From: Neodothiora populina
Taxonomy: Eukaryota
Assembly (NCBI RefSeq): GCF_041146345.1
Contig: NW_027191415.1
Location: 248,001-312,000 of the forward strand
DNA: 64,000 bases
Reading direction: 5' to 3'
Of the stretch, positions 51,585 to 64,000 are shown one piece after another. Each line of letters starts with the position of its first letter. Positions within the stretch are counted from its first letter, which is position 1. Under the pieces are notes generated by a model. It saw nothing but the letters and a program-made list of their open reading frames with translations, ran no database searches and was not told the DNA's origin. A program made the translations under genes and the position numbers.

Positions 51585-52863
51585 ATGTCCGAAGTCGGCG
51601 AAGCTCATACAGAGCAGAAGTATGATGCTCCGTTGAAGAAAACGGATCATGTGCCAGCATCTCATCCAAATCGACTGGGAACTATAAAAGCGCTTCGGTT
51701 TCACGGCAAAAATGATTTGAGATACGAGGATGTTCCTGATGTCGCATGTGGAAGTGGTCAGGTCAGAGTCAAGCCTGCCTGGTGCGGCATTTGTGGCACT
51801 GGTGGGTTTCCTTACTATTTTGCTGTACACGCACTTCTTGACATAGATCAGTCTTGCACGAATTTCTCGGAGGGCCTTCCATCTGCCCAACTACTCCTCA
51901 TCCTATAACCGGTGAAGCTGTCCCCGTAACATTTGGTCATGAATTTTCTGGTACCATTGAGGAGGTTGGAGACGGGGTCAGCAAAGACATAAAGCCAGGG
52001 GATCGAGTATGTGTCCAGCCCATCTTGTACTGTGGAGATTGTGGCGCGTGTGCTGCAGGTGCTCCTAATTGCTGCTACAGTACTGGATTCATTGGCTTGA
52101 GTGGTTACGGCGGTTGATTGTCCGAATCTGTTGTGGTTCCGGCATACTGCGCCATAAAGATTCCAGATAATGTCACTCTTGAAGTCGCGGGTGCGTAAAG
52201 TTGAGGGCTGGCTCCCGATATCCTTCAGATGACTGACATGCATGCCATTTAGCACTCGTAGAGCCTCTCGCAGTCGGGTTTCATGCTGTCGATATGAGCC
52301 CATATCAGTCCGGAAATTCAGCTCTCATCCTTGGAGGCGGCCCGATCGGTCTAGCTGTGATCCAAGCTCTAAAAGCCAAGGGAGATGGCACGATAATCGT
52401 CTCCGAGATGTCACCAAAACGGAGAGAGTTTGCAAAAATCTTCGGTGCGACTCATGTGCTGAACCCTCAAGAGGTTGATATCACCGCCAAATGCAGAGAG
52501 CTATGTGATGGTCAGGGAGTACATTGTGTCTTCGATGCCGCTGGGGTCCAAGCAGCTCTCAATCAAGCTATACCGGCTGTCAGAGCCCTTGGTACGATTG
52601 TCAACATCGCCATCTGGGAGAAGCCTTGTTACATTTCCCCCAATGACTTCATCTTCAAGGAGAGGAAGTTGATTTTTGTCGCAACCTACAGACCTGGAGA
52701 CTTTGAGCAGGTGTTAGAAGCCATCGGCAGTGGGCAGATAAGCCCAGAGTACATGATAACCAAGCGAGTCGACCTAAGCAAGGTAGCCGATCAGGGATTC
52801 AAGTCGCTGATAGAGGACAAAGATAACCAGGTGAAAGTATTAGTCAAGGCTGCAGGAGGCTAA
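51585..52863 (+). pseudogene. (R,R)-2,3-butanediol dehydrogenase-like MDR with one in-frame TGA; introns 51802-51851, 52191-52252
   Basis: KALRFHG, WCGICGT, HPITGE.PVTFGHEFSG, CGDCGAC, ALVEPLAVG, GGGPIG, KVLV. TGA at 52115-52117 in GLSGYGG*LSE. Confidence 0.85.
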
Positions 52864-54565
52864 ACAATGTCGGGCCTTTGTCAGGTAATGTCAGTACATG
52901 TTGTAGTGGAAAATACAGTACGAATGTTGAGAATATGCGTATGTCTATGTTGAGCTTCAACGATTGACGACAGAAATTTGCTCACACCATAAGCCAGGTA
53001 GTCTCTATTCACAGTATCGCAATACATTATAATCGTATTACAAGGTAACGGACCAGAGGATCATAAGATACAGCTTCTCCGAGTCATACGTTCGAGACGC
53101 TCCGCGGAAGAATATTGACTCCCAAGATATCATTTGAGATACGCAAAACAACATTCCGCGGAAGATTGACCTCTGATGAGGGTGAAATATGGTGGGTTAC
53201 CGCGGTACAGGCAGGTAAGGTACCTACCTACACGTAACTGAGGTGCCTTGACCGGCGAAGTCAACAAACTACGTCATGTTGAGTTTCGATCGAGCGTCAC
53301 CTTTTTTTTCTCCAAGAAAAAGCGCCTAAGACTTCGATTTTGTTCCTGAACATGATTAAAGCGGGGAAAGCATGATCTCGATTGTTTCTGCTATTTCTTC
53401 GATTATTCTTGTAACCAAGGCAGAAAGCTGATGCATTATACAGTAGCTTGCGTGTGCCAGACCTACAAGGTGCCTATTGAAGTAATGACTGAGGTAATTC
53501 GTAAGGGTACCTTATCGAACCACTAAACAGTACGTTCGCAGATGTCGCCGGGCCGCAGCTCTCAGCAAAGTCATCAACATGCGGCAAAAGGAACATATTG
53601 CACTATGTTATTGCGCCTCGGAGAGCGCGAAGTCACTTGCATCTAAAGTTTGAGTTCCAAGGTTCGGGAGCTGAAAGCAATACTTGGACGATGAGCACAG
53701 CGTCACAACCTAACTGTCATGAAGCAAGATTTAGAGTGTAAATTGGTTTTAACGTGCCGCAAACCACTCAAGGCTGACGGAGGTTCACCCTTGAATCAAC
53801 ATAAATCGAAGTAGATTTACGTCCCGTTAATTGAACTTTTAAACCATGAAAAATAAGGTGTAGGATGCGGTCATACTATGCGATAGAGTTTATCCCGTCT
53901 TCATGGACTACTCTTTGTTTCTCATGGATCTTGGAAGCCATAGTGGAAAACAGAACGATGGGACAGCATGACCGGTGAAGCTCACGTGTAAGCTGTGGCC
54001 ATGTCAGGCTCGAGCCCAGACTTCGCTGCGCCTTGGCGAGTTGATCCTACTTAGGGGGCCAAGTTCCATCGAGTAGGTGGCCGTGCAAATCGTATGCGCG
54101 TTTGTCTCGTGGCTCCACACATGTCTCTAATAATGGTGTGCTGGTCACTGTCGGTACTGTGTGTCGAAGAAAAACCCGCACAAGGACATCGATGAATTAA
54201 ACCCAAGCAACATATATGTGTACGACGAGTTTGGAAGAATTGACGTTAGCTCTGTACGATTCGAGGTCCTAACAAGGTTGCAGACTACCCTTTGACTCCA
54301 GGTTTTCAGCGACATAAAACGGTTGGATTTATACCTGAATTTCGTCATGAGACGGCACATGCAAGCCACATGAGACCCTTTGTTGATCATTGCACAAAAT
54401 CGTAAGGAGCCTTGGACACCGCCCTGCGAGGTTGAGTGATCTCATAAGGCACATCAGGTTGATAAATATCTGCATTGTTCTCTGTTGTAGGTCTAGATTT
54501 GTTTTCTTCGCTCCATTCGACCACACTCACAACGATCACCTACATTTTCTCGACAATCTCTCATC

Positions 54566-55570
54566 ATGGGTCTCCTAAAAGGCGGTTTTCTTCGTCTCTT
54601 CCAGGTAAGCATCAGAATCCTATGAACTTCGGCGCTTTGATGTGTACTGATACTGTCAAATTAGACTTTTCTGTACACATTGGCTTTTTGCTGCGCAGCA
54701 ATCATCCTAGGTATATACAGTTACTTCTTAGCTGTACTTGCGGACAGGGACCTTCCCATCGACAAGCACTGGCGTGCAGTTGAGGGTCTCAGCGGTTCTG
54801 CAGTCCTCTATACCATTCTTGCGGTCCTTTTCACCTGCTGCCTTGCGGGAGTGACGTTCTTCTCCTTCCTTGGTCTGGTACTCGATGTCCTCTTCATTGG
54901 CGCCATGATTGCCGTGGCAGTCATGACCAGAGACGGTGCCAGTAGCTGCTCCGGCAACGTTAAGACTCCTCTTGGTTCAGGCCCTGCCAACAGCAACGCA
55001 GTCGGTGCCAACAACTTCGGATTTGGTGACAACCAGAACCTGACTTACTCTCCCGACTTGGGATTGGCATGCAAGCTGAACACTGCTGCTTTCGCTGTGT
55101 CCATCATCGCGGCGTTCATCTTCCTCATCACTGCGATCATGCAGATCGTCCTTGCACGCAGCCACAAGAAGGAGAAGCGCTTCGGACCTTCTCCTGCCAA
55201 CAACTACACCTCCGGAACCACCAACCGCAAGTTCTGGCAGCGCAAGCCCAAGACCGCCACTGAGAAGGATATGGAGATCGGAGCTGTTGGCACCGGCGCA
55301 GGTCTTTCTCCCAACCGTGGCGGCTATGCCAACGATCTCCGTCCTTCTCATGACACTGCCTACACTGGCTCGACTGTTGCAGCACCGAACGCTCCATTTG
55401 CCAAGAAGGAGACCGAGATTCTCAGTCACGGCGGTCACGCACCCCACGCAGCTGGCTACAACCCTCCCCATGCTGCTCACCACGACTACTACAACGCAAA
55501 TGCTCAAGACGCCAATCCCTACGGCTATGACAACGCTGTCCCGACCACTGGTGCTGCTAAGCACTTTTAG
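54566..55570 (+). CDS. MARVEL-like four-helix integral membrane protein; intron 54605-54664
   Basis: Four hydrophobic helices, a Cys pair in the second loop, and a cytosolic tail KRFGPSPANNYTSG. Confidence 0.85.
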
Positions 55571-56528
55571 ACATTGACACCGCCAGTGTGCGCGATCGAC
55601 AATGTCTTCTACAAGTGCAGCGAATCTTTTTGCGAATTACTTGAGACGACGATGAACTTTAACGATGGCATGAGTATGGAGTAGTTTTGTACGATAGTCG
55701 TGAATAGTCCTAATAATACGTAATTTCATCATACCTAGAATATTAATTCATTAGCCTTCCGGTTATTCCATGTTCCGGAGTGTTGTAGTAAGCTTCAGTG
55801 AAAATTGCCACTTCGAAGGGTCAGATGCTCCTCTACCTAGCGACGATGCGCTGTTCATGTCTGCATGGCGCGGATACGGATGTACGGCGTCAGCAATGAT
55901 ATACGTTTGTTGCATAAGGCCGAGCATAGATAGGTAATGATGAGGAAGGACTCTCCTTCCACGAACCATATGGTCGCATGCATGCCAGCATGTGTAAATG
56001 ATGAACGCTATTCCCATTATGATATATCGAAATCGCAAAGATACTATATTATGACCATTAATCAATATCAAGAAGCTCGTAAGCGAGTTCAATGGGCTCC
56101 CGAGAAACCTCGCAAACAGTACCGATGGCTTCGGAAGCAGATGTGAGTGGGACATTTCAAGGGCATCGGATGCGGACAAATGAAATTGCGGAGATATGGG
56201 ATCAAAAACCATCTTTACCCCCGCGAAGCCGCCCCACCCAATCGTCAGCATTGATATTTGCACTCCCGAGATTCTTATGGAACAATGGCGAACGTGGGCT
56301 AGTGTTGTTGGAAGGGCGCCGAAGAGGTCCGCTTTGACGTACGGTAGGTCTTTTGGTTGATATATAAAGAGGGAAATCGAAGGTTGGGTATCGAGTCGTC
56401 TTTCAACGTTTCTTTTGATCTCAAGCCCATCTTCCCTGACGCTCATCTTACATACACACGTACAAAATCTATATCTTGTCTCAAAACTACTTGACGCATT
56501 ACTTGACCTTTGCTTCCTCATTATCAAT

Positions 56529-58158
56529 ATGGCAGTGACTAACGGTACTGCCAATGGCGAGGAGCACATTGTGTGAGTACCGTAGCCAGACCGAACAATG
56601 TGGACTCGATATACTGATTTGGGAAACAAGGCCACTCTGGATTGACGGCAAAGAAGTTTTCACCGACAACTACATCGAGGTCGAATCGCCCAAGTCGCTC
56701 AAGAATATATGGCGAGCTTCCGGTGTCACCAAGAAAGAAGCCATTGAGGCAGTAGAGTCTAGCGAGCGTGCTTTCAAGACCTGGCGGAAAACCAAACCTG
56801 CAGAGATCAGCAAGATCCTGAACAAAGCTGCTGCTATCGTCGAGGAACGTCTTGAAGAGTTGGTGCATTACCAGGGCGAAGAGACCGGCGCTCCTGATTT
56901 CGTTACGAGGGAGTTCAACCTTCCTCTAGTCCTTGCCTTGCTCAGAGATATTTCTGGCAGAGTCGGAACGATAACAGGTACTATCCCTAACACTGCCAAT
57001 GGTGGTGCGTTGGTGTTCAAGGAGCCATATGGTGTTATCCTGGGCATTGCTCCATGGTATGCGAAAGAGATTACCATAAAACGGTGTGCATTGCTGATTC
57101 CTGTACAGGAACGGTCCTTATATTCTCGGATTGCGTGCCTGCATTTACGCCATCGCTGCAGGAAATACATGTGTTCTCAAAGGCAGCGAGTTCTCCCCCC
57201 GTTGCTTCTGGGCTCTCGGCGACATCTTGCACAAGGCCGGTCTGCCTGACGGTGTTTTGAACGTCATATACCACAGACCCCAGGACGCAGCCGAGGTCAC
57301 CAACGCCATGATCGAGCACAACGCTATAAAGAAGATCAACTTCACTGGTTCGAACCTTGTAGGCAGTCTCATTGCCGCCAAGGCAGGCAAGGAGTTGAAA
57401 CCTACTTGTATGGAGCTGGGAGGTAAGGCAAGCTCGATCGTCTGTGAAGACGCCGATCTGGAGCTTGCTGCTGCACAATGCGCTCTCGGCGCGATGGCAC
57501 ACTCTGGACAAATCTGCATGTCAACGGAGCGCATTATCGTGTACAAAAGCATCGAGGAGAAATTCGCAACTGAGCTCAAGAAGGCTGTGGAAAGAATCTA
57601 CCCTTCAGAGGGCGAAGGACCGATCCTGGTCGCCAAACCAGCTATTGCGAAGATTCGCGCACTGCACGAGGACGCCGTAGCCAAGGGCGCGACAGTGCTC
57701 TATGGCGACCTAGCGGCAAGAGATCCAAACCCTCACCGCATCAGACCTGTCATCATGTCTGGTGTCAAGAAGGGTATGGACCTGTACTATACTGAGTCCT
57801 TCGGTCCGTCAGTTTCGCTCCATACTGTCGAGAACGACGAGGAGGCGCTTGAGCTGGCGAATGATACCGAGTACGGTCTCACAGGCGCAATCTTCACAAA
57901 CAATCTCACTCGTGGCATCAGAATGGCTCGGGAAATCGATTCAGGCGCTGTGCATATCAACCAGATGACAATCCACGACGAGCCCTGCTTGCCCCATGGT
58001 GGTTCGAAAAAGAGCGGATGGGGACGTTTCAACGCAGAGAATGGGTTCGATGAATGTAAGTCACTTCCTGGCCCACTCGCATACTCCTTGAAACATAAAA
58101 CTGACATCTTCTGCTAGTCCTCAAACTCAAAACCATAACTTTCGCCGACGAGATCTAG
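56529..58158 (+). CDS. NAD-dependent aldehyde dehydrogenase (vanillin/salicylaldehyde-DH-like); introns 56573-56630, 57057-57108, 58056-58117
   Basis: KEPYGVILGIAPWN, LKGSEFSP, FTGS, MELGGK (catalytic Glu), GQICMSTER (catalytic Cys), ESFGP, GAVHIN, PHGG.K.SGWGRFN. Confidence 0.93.
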
Positions 58159-59214
58159 AAGGTTCATCGTCAGTGCTGAGTGGGATGGTAGTACCAGCAT
58201 ATGAGAGACCCCTTGTCACGAGAATGGTGATTGTCTAACAGCAATGTCATAACTATAGCACTGTTGAGCCAAGCGCGTGCGAAGGCTCACGTAGTCCTAT
58301 TGTATTCACGAATCAATACCTTCAGGTTTATCTGTATCAATTTTGTATGATGAGAGTAATCTTCTATCCGATGCAGTATCAAAATACGTGAGATATTGCT
58401 GCCGACCTCGAAACGAGGGCCTACTCAAATGATGTCATCTAAAAGAATGCGCGAGTCATCTCAAGATCTCGTCGAGTCGCCAGAACCTCGTAGTGCACAA
58501 ATAAAGTAGGATAAGCTTTCCTTTGCAGGCAGACCATCGATCGAGTGAACTTGAGCTGCCTTCCCGTAGCCGTAAGGTAACGCAATACCCGTCATGACAT
58601 TCGAGCAGGTCTAGGCTAGTTGGTCAAAAAATGATGCTTGGCCGTCGGCCCATGGCTCCATGCCTGAGTCAGATCATGTAGCGCTGTACGAGGATTTTCG
58701 AAACGACTAACGTCCAGGGACAGAGGCTACACGAAACTCCAAAGGAGAAGACAGATGTGTTGATTTACCGCATACATACAGATCGTGACGAGCACTGATA
58801 CAAATGCAGGCATTTGATCAATTGATACAATGCGCGAGGATGCCTTATCCTAATCTGGGTGTCCAGGTAGCAAAAGCTTGCCACGTCGTATCGCAACGAA
58901 CCTAATTGTAGAACAAACTTTGTGGCTGACAACGAAATTTCGCACCCATAAGCGCAGTAGAAAGCATCTAGAACGAAGTTACTGTAGAGAACTTATTCAG
59001 GTAAGAGCAGGTAAGCAAGACGGGCGCCGAAACCCCCGCGGCCGCTTGCTCACTACTACAAGCAGGTTAATGCGGTTTATTTCTCCTGCGCAGATGTCTC
59101 AACGACGCAGAGAGTGTTGTTGTGGTTGCGCGGCAATAGGCACATCATTGCAGATGTAATCGCAAGCATCAGGGTTCAATTCAAGTGAAATCGTGAAGGC
59201 CAAATGCGCTGGAG

Positions 59215-62200
59215 ATGGACGAATCCTCGATCCCAACGCAACTGGAAGGCCTGATCATATTACTGTCTGACGATGAGCGACCAGCGCTTGTATTACATAC
59301 GTCTCGACCCTGGCGAATAGCCTACCGGAATGCCTCATTCCTGGCTCTCAATGCTGATGAGCATCTCGTCAACGAATGGGTGGCCGTATGGTTTGACGAC
59401 TCAGATACATCTGGGAAGACATCTTCGTTCAGGCCTGCTGGCTTGTTTCAAGGGAAAAGTTGGATCAGTAAGAGAATTGGGGATCTCGGATATACCACCG
59501 TGTACTGCACTTCATTAGACAGCAAGCAAACTCCACAAGATGCGGAACATGCTACATCTCCTCCACTTGAGATAACCGTGTCTAGAGGACAGGAGTCTCG
59601 TATGGACTATAGTAGCGATAGGATCAGCGATTGGTCATTCGACTGGATACGATATTCGTACAACAGCAGCGACGACTGGCTTCAGTTCATGAGGGCTTAT
59701 AAATGGGAGAAAACAGCACTTGGGCCGATGCACAACTGGCCATCTGATCTTCGTCGTCTTGCTGTCTATGCCCTCAGTTCACCTGATCCACGCCTGATAC
59801 TTTGGGGGGACGACTTGCTTGGGGTATTCAACGACTCAGCCAAACAGATATTGGGCCAGAGATATCTAGCGTGTTTGGGTCAGCCACTTGCCGATGGACT
59901 CAGTCCTGCGGTTGTGGAGCAAGACCTAGACCATCTCAGACGATGTCTGACCGCTGGCACCTTCACTAAGGGAATCAATGCCGAATATATCCTGACCCGG
60001 TATGGTTTCGACGAAGAAGCCTACTTTGACTACCATATTTCACCATTGCCAGGAGATGATGGACGAGTTATGGCAATGGTGGTTGAGTTCCACGAGACGA
60101 CCATATCCGTCATCAAGGAGCGGAAGGAAAAAGTGGCAACTGCGATGTTCAAGAAGCTCATGCACGTCCAGCATATCGACACGTTGTGGTCAGACCTTGT
60201 GATTGCTTTGACAGATCAACCTAAATACGTCTCATATGCTGCTATATACACCAATGGCGCAGATACCGAGGTCCCGGAGTCGTATCGATTAGGCGGCTTT
60301 GCTGGCGCTGACAGAACAGATCTTCCACAGAGCCTTGTCTTGCCGGGAGCCGACCAACCTCACGGTCTTGCAGCTACGCTACATAGGGTTGTCGAAGTCT
60401 CAGGTGTCACTGCACTACAAGCTAGCAAGGGGGAGCTTCCTGAAGAATTAGCAATAGAGATTCCCGAACGAGGGACTACAACCATTGCTTATGTGCTACC
60501 GATCGCCGTCAGTACGGACAAACATCCACTGGCTTTCATCGTTCTAGGGATGAATCCAAAGCTGGCATTGAGTAACCAAGACCGCTCAGGAATGAGTCAT
60601 TTGCGTGATGTCGTTGTTGGTGCATGCGCAATTGTGGCAAGCCCTGAGAAGCACTCCAGTGAGCAGGACCTTGAGGCGCTGAATTTGGAACTCTCTCACA
60701 AACTACACCTTTCCACAAGAGAAACCCTGAGAGCGCAAGAGAACTTCCAAAGGATGGCAAAGTGGGTTCGATCTCACGTAATTTTCTGCCGCCAAGCCAA
60801 GTCAGTGCTAACGTATCATCTACAGGAACGCTCCTTTCGGAATGTTCACTTTTGAGCCAGACGGAACCCCAACTTTCGTCAACGAAGAGTGGCTGCGCTT
60901 GAGTGGATTTGACAGTAGGGAAGAGCTGAAGATATCCGCTTGTTCGGGCAACTTCTGGGACGATAGAATCTTCCCCGAAGATGCTAGCTACATGGCCGAA
61001 CATTGGCAGATTGCTTTGACGTCCACAAGCCCCACAAAACATGAGCATCGAGTGCGACTTCCAGCATGGATGTCACCAGGAGCTGAGAGACAGTGCCGCT
61101 GGCTCGAGGCAACGGCATTTCCGGACCTCGATGAGACCGGCAATATTATCAGTATCAAAGGCTGGCTTGTTGACATTAGCGATCGTAAGCTCGCTGAGAA
61201 TTTGATGGCACAGCGCCTCGAGGATGCCCTCGAGACCAAGAGAGCGTCAGAGGCTTTCATTGACATGGTTTCACATGAGATTCGAAACCCACTGTCGGCA
61301 ATCCTGCAATTGGCAGACGGTATACTTACATCGGTCGAGTCTCAAGCAGGCAAGACTTCAGAGCAGGTCCTCGATGCCGCTCAAACCATCGTACTGTGTG
61401 CTCATCACCAGCGCAAGATCGTCGATGACGTGCTCGTGCTCTCGAAACTCGACTCCAATTTGCTGGTTCTGTCACCAGATGCATGTCGACCGCCTGACAT
61501 CATCCAAAAATGTCTGAAGATGTTTGAGAGCGAACTCAGTCGAGCACAGATTGATGCGCATATGCAGATCGAACAAAGCTATCTAGACCTCGGACTCAGC
61601 TTGGTTGTCCTCGACGAGAGCAGAGTGCTGCAAGTCGTTATCAATCTTCTTGGAAATGCTATCAAGTTCACTCAGAGCTCAGAAGATCGCAAGATCACAA
61701 TACATCTTGCTGCTCATCGATCTGTGCCCACGGGCAAAGAGTACGACATACAATTTGCTTCTCAACGGCGTAATCGAAGTTTGCAGGGCTCTCGATCCAA
61801 CTCGATAAGTCAGAATGAGCCATCAGAGGCAATTTACCTACAGATCGCCGTGAAAGATACCGGCCGCGGGCTTACACAAGAGGAGATTGATAGGCTGTTT
61901 CAACGATTCTCTCAAGCTTCTCCGAAAACATATAAGAAATACGGCGGGAGCGGTCTAGGACTGTATATCAGTAAGGAGTTGACCGAACTGCAAGGTGGCC
62001 GAATTGGTGTGAAAAGTGAAGGGTTGGGCAAAGGTAGTGTTTTCACTTTCTATGTCCAGTCTTCACGCTCCGAAGCTCTATCCCAGAAAGTGAGTGTAGA
62101 AGCAGCCGTGGCATTGGAATCTGTGCAGAATGGTCGGCGGGAGAATAAAATCGATCAGGTGATCACGAAGACAAAGCGGACAAATCACGACATGACAAGT

Positions 62201-62679
62201 GTCAGCAGTCTTCACGTCTTAGGTATGTCGTGCAGCTGCTATATGTGAATATCCTCCGATCGCCCGCTAACGGACTTATAGTTGTCGAAGATAATGCGAT
62301 CAACCAGAAAGTCATGGCTCAGCAATTACGTCGAGCAGGATGCACTGTACATGTCGCAAATCATGGTCTGGAAGCATTGGATCTGATCGCGACAACAAAC
62401 CTCCAAGGCGGGAGTACGCCACTGTCTATCGTTCTAATGGACGTGGAAATGCCAGTAATGAACGGTATTGACTGTACGAAACATATTCGTCAGCTACAAA
62501 AGGATCACTTCATCAAACGCAGTGTGCCCATCATCGCGGTCACGGCGAATGCTCGAAATCAGCAGATCGCCAGTGCGTTGGGTGCTGGAGTAGACGAGGT
62601 TGTCACCAAGCCCTTTCGCATTCCGGAATTACTACCGAGGATGGAAGCGCTCGTTGCAAAGCTCGCTAGCGCAGATTGA
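59215..62679 (+). CDS. Hybrid sensor histidine kinase (PAS-like / PAS / HisKA / HATPase / receiver); introns 60762-60825, 62223-62281
   Basis: H-box FIDMVSHEIRNPL, N-box NLLGNAIKFT, DTGRG, FSQA, GGSGLGL, receiver VVEDN..LMDVEMPVMNG..TANA..TKP. Confidence 0.93.
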
Positions 62680-63415
62680 CCAGGGCTCGACAATATACTT
62701 GTACAAGTACTATAACATCATGAAGATCAGCAGCCGAAAGATCTGAGACAGATTATCGTGGTTCATCTATCTCTATAGGTGCCTCGAAAGCAAATTGGTA
62801 CATCGCGATATACAAGAGACCGCTACAATAAGTCATGATTGGCCATCGAGATGTTTGTATGTCAGCCTCATAACATGACAAGAAGCTTGGTCGTAGACGA
62901 CTCTGGGCCGCAGACTCAGGAAGGCTGACAGGAAAAAGACCTAAGATCGTCGTCCAAAAGACGCAAAGTGCGAGCGCCTGCGCCTCAACATTTGTGCTGT
63001 TATGCTCCTGAGAGCAAAACGTGTGGGATGGATGGCCAGTTTTGGCATCGACTGCGTGTCTGGTATCAATATATGGCAATGCCATCTTGATAGACTGTGA
63101 CTCGACATGCAATTAGCATCGAATTTTGGGAGAAGGGAAAGAGCTGACAAGTTCGGCTCCGTCGTCGCCCACCTCAGTCACCCAAATGGAGGAAGAACTG
63201 TGCACACCAAGAAGCCTTCGCTCCACGAGAACGTTGACACGGTCCGCGAGGTATCTCACATCTGTCGTTCATCATCTCTTCACAACAATCTGTGCCAATA
63301 TACGATTAATATCTCAATCAAGTCAGGGTTGAGTGATTAACAAAATGCATTTCTGATGCATCTGCACCATTTGTCTCCTAGTGTCTGCCATATCACGTGA
63401 ATGCTCGACTTGCGT

Positions 63416-64000
63416 CTACTCCATCGCACCACATAGAACACAATCATCCCCTAGTTGCTGCCAGACGGTCTGTTTCAGCCTTGCAACAGGTAGCTTGCTT
63501 CGAGTCTCTGGACGGGCAGGAGAAACGACCACGCCGCCTTGTCCTAGCCATGTCGGCGCTATGGTGACAATAACAGAACTGACAAGTGCAGCATTATTTG
63601 GTGAAAGAAGAGCGTTAATGACGCCGCCACCACCTTCAATCATGATGCTTTCGACACCCATACTCCTAATGTGTTGGAGTATATCTTGCCAGCCTAGATC
63701 GGCCGTTGGCTCACCTCGCTGGTTCGAATCAATGACAACAAATTGACCGCCGACTTGCTGTAATAGGTTCACTGCGTCTGTTCTGGGTGCTCTCGTCGTG
63801 ATGACCCACGGGGCTTTACCACGTCCCTGTCGTGCAAGGTTCAAGATCTTGGTATTTTCATTTAATTGCCACCGTCCTTGTGGATCAATGACAATTGGTC
63901 TTGGTTGACCGACGAGATCCTCACCCCCGTACCCGCCAACACCAGTCAGTCTGCAATTGAGGCTTGGATTATCAGCGATTGCAGTGCCAACTCCAACAAG
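63416..64000 (-). CDS. RIB7: RibD-C family reductase (Rib7, riboflavin biosynthesis), 5' end outside the window
   Basis: The frame is open from the window edge: LVGVGTAIADNPSLNCR..GQPRPIVIDP..GVESIMIEGGGGVIN..VTIAPTWLG. Confidence 0.85.
   Translation of the reverse strand, partial: LVGVGTAIADNPSLNCRLTGVGGYGGEDLVGQPRPIVIDPQGRWQLNENTKILNLARQGRGKAPWVITTRAPRTDAVNLLQQVGGQFVVIDSNQRGEPTADLGWQDILQHIRSMGVESIMIEGGGGVINALLSPNNAALVSSVIVTIAPTWLGQGGVVVSPARPETRSKLPVARLKQTVWQQLGDDCVLCGAME

Noticed and set aside
1505..52117. Stop-codon reassignment or selenocysteine as an explanation for the in-frame stops
   Set aside because: Three different stops replace three different expected residues (Tyr, Trp, Gly), and all three stops end normal genes in this window.
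1..64000. tRNA, rRNA, snRNA, CRISPR arrays, intact transposons
   Set aside because: I saw no cloverleaf with a T-loop, snRNA signature, repeat-spacer array, transposase/RT ORF or terminal repeats. A covariance-model scan could still find small RNAs.

Overview
This is a gene-dense eukaryotic window from a filamentous ascomycete (Pezizomycotina), inferred from mostly ~50-70 nt spliceosomal introns with CTRAC branch sites and from the gene families present. I reconstructed 21 protein-coding loci by hand: an SRPK-like kinase, U2AF1, four zinc MDR dehydrogenases, an aldehyde dehydrogenase, RPL34 head-to-head with an intronless PRP8, an ERCC6L2/RAD26L SNF2 ATPase head-to-head with exosome RRP41, a 9-exon 7-TM protein, Dicer-like 2, a MARVEL-like protein, a hybrid histidine kinase, a truncated RIB7 and several hypothetical genes. 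Highlights: (1) PRP8 carries a 151-aa mini-intein with no homing endonuclease. (2) The otherwise intact Dicer needs a non-canonical GA-AG intron plus a GC-AG intron to be expressed, and 4 of the 39 introns I reconstructed have non-GT donors. (3) Three otherwise continuous genes each have one in-frame stop (TAA, TAG, TGA); the TAG may sit at a Trp position. (4) A GPCR-like 7-TM gene is fragmented across the ORF track by micro-exons. I recognised no rRNA, tRNA, CRISPR array or intact transposon. All calls are from reading the sequence; no database searches were run.
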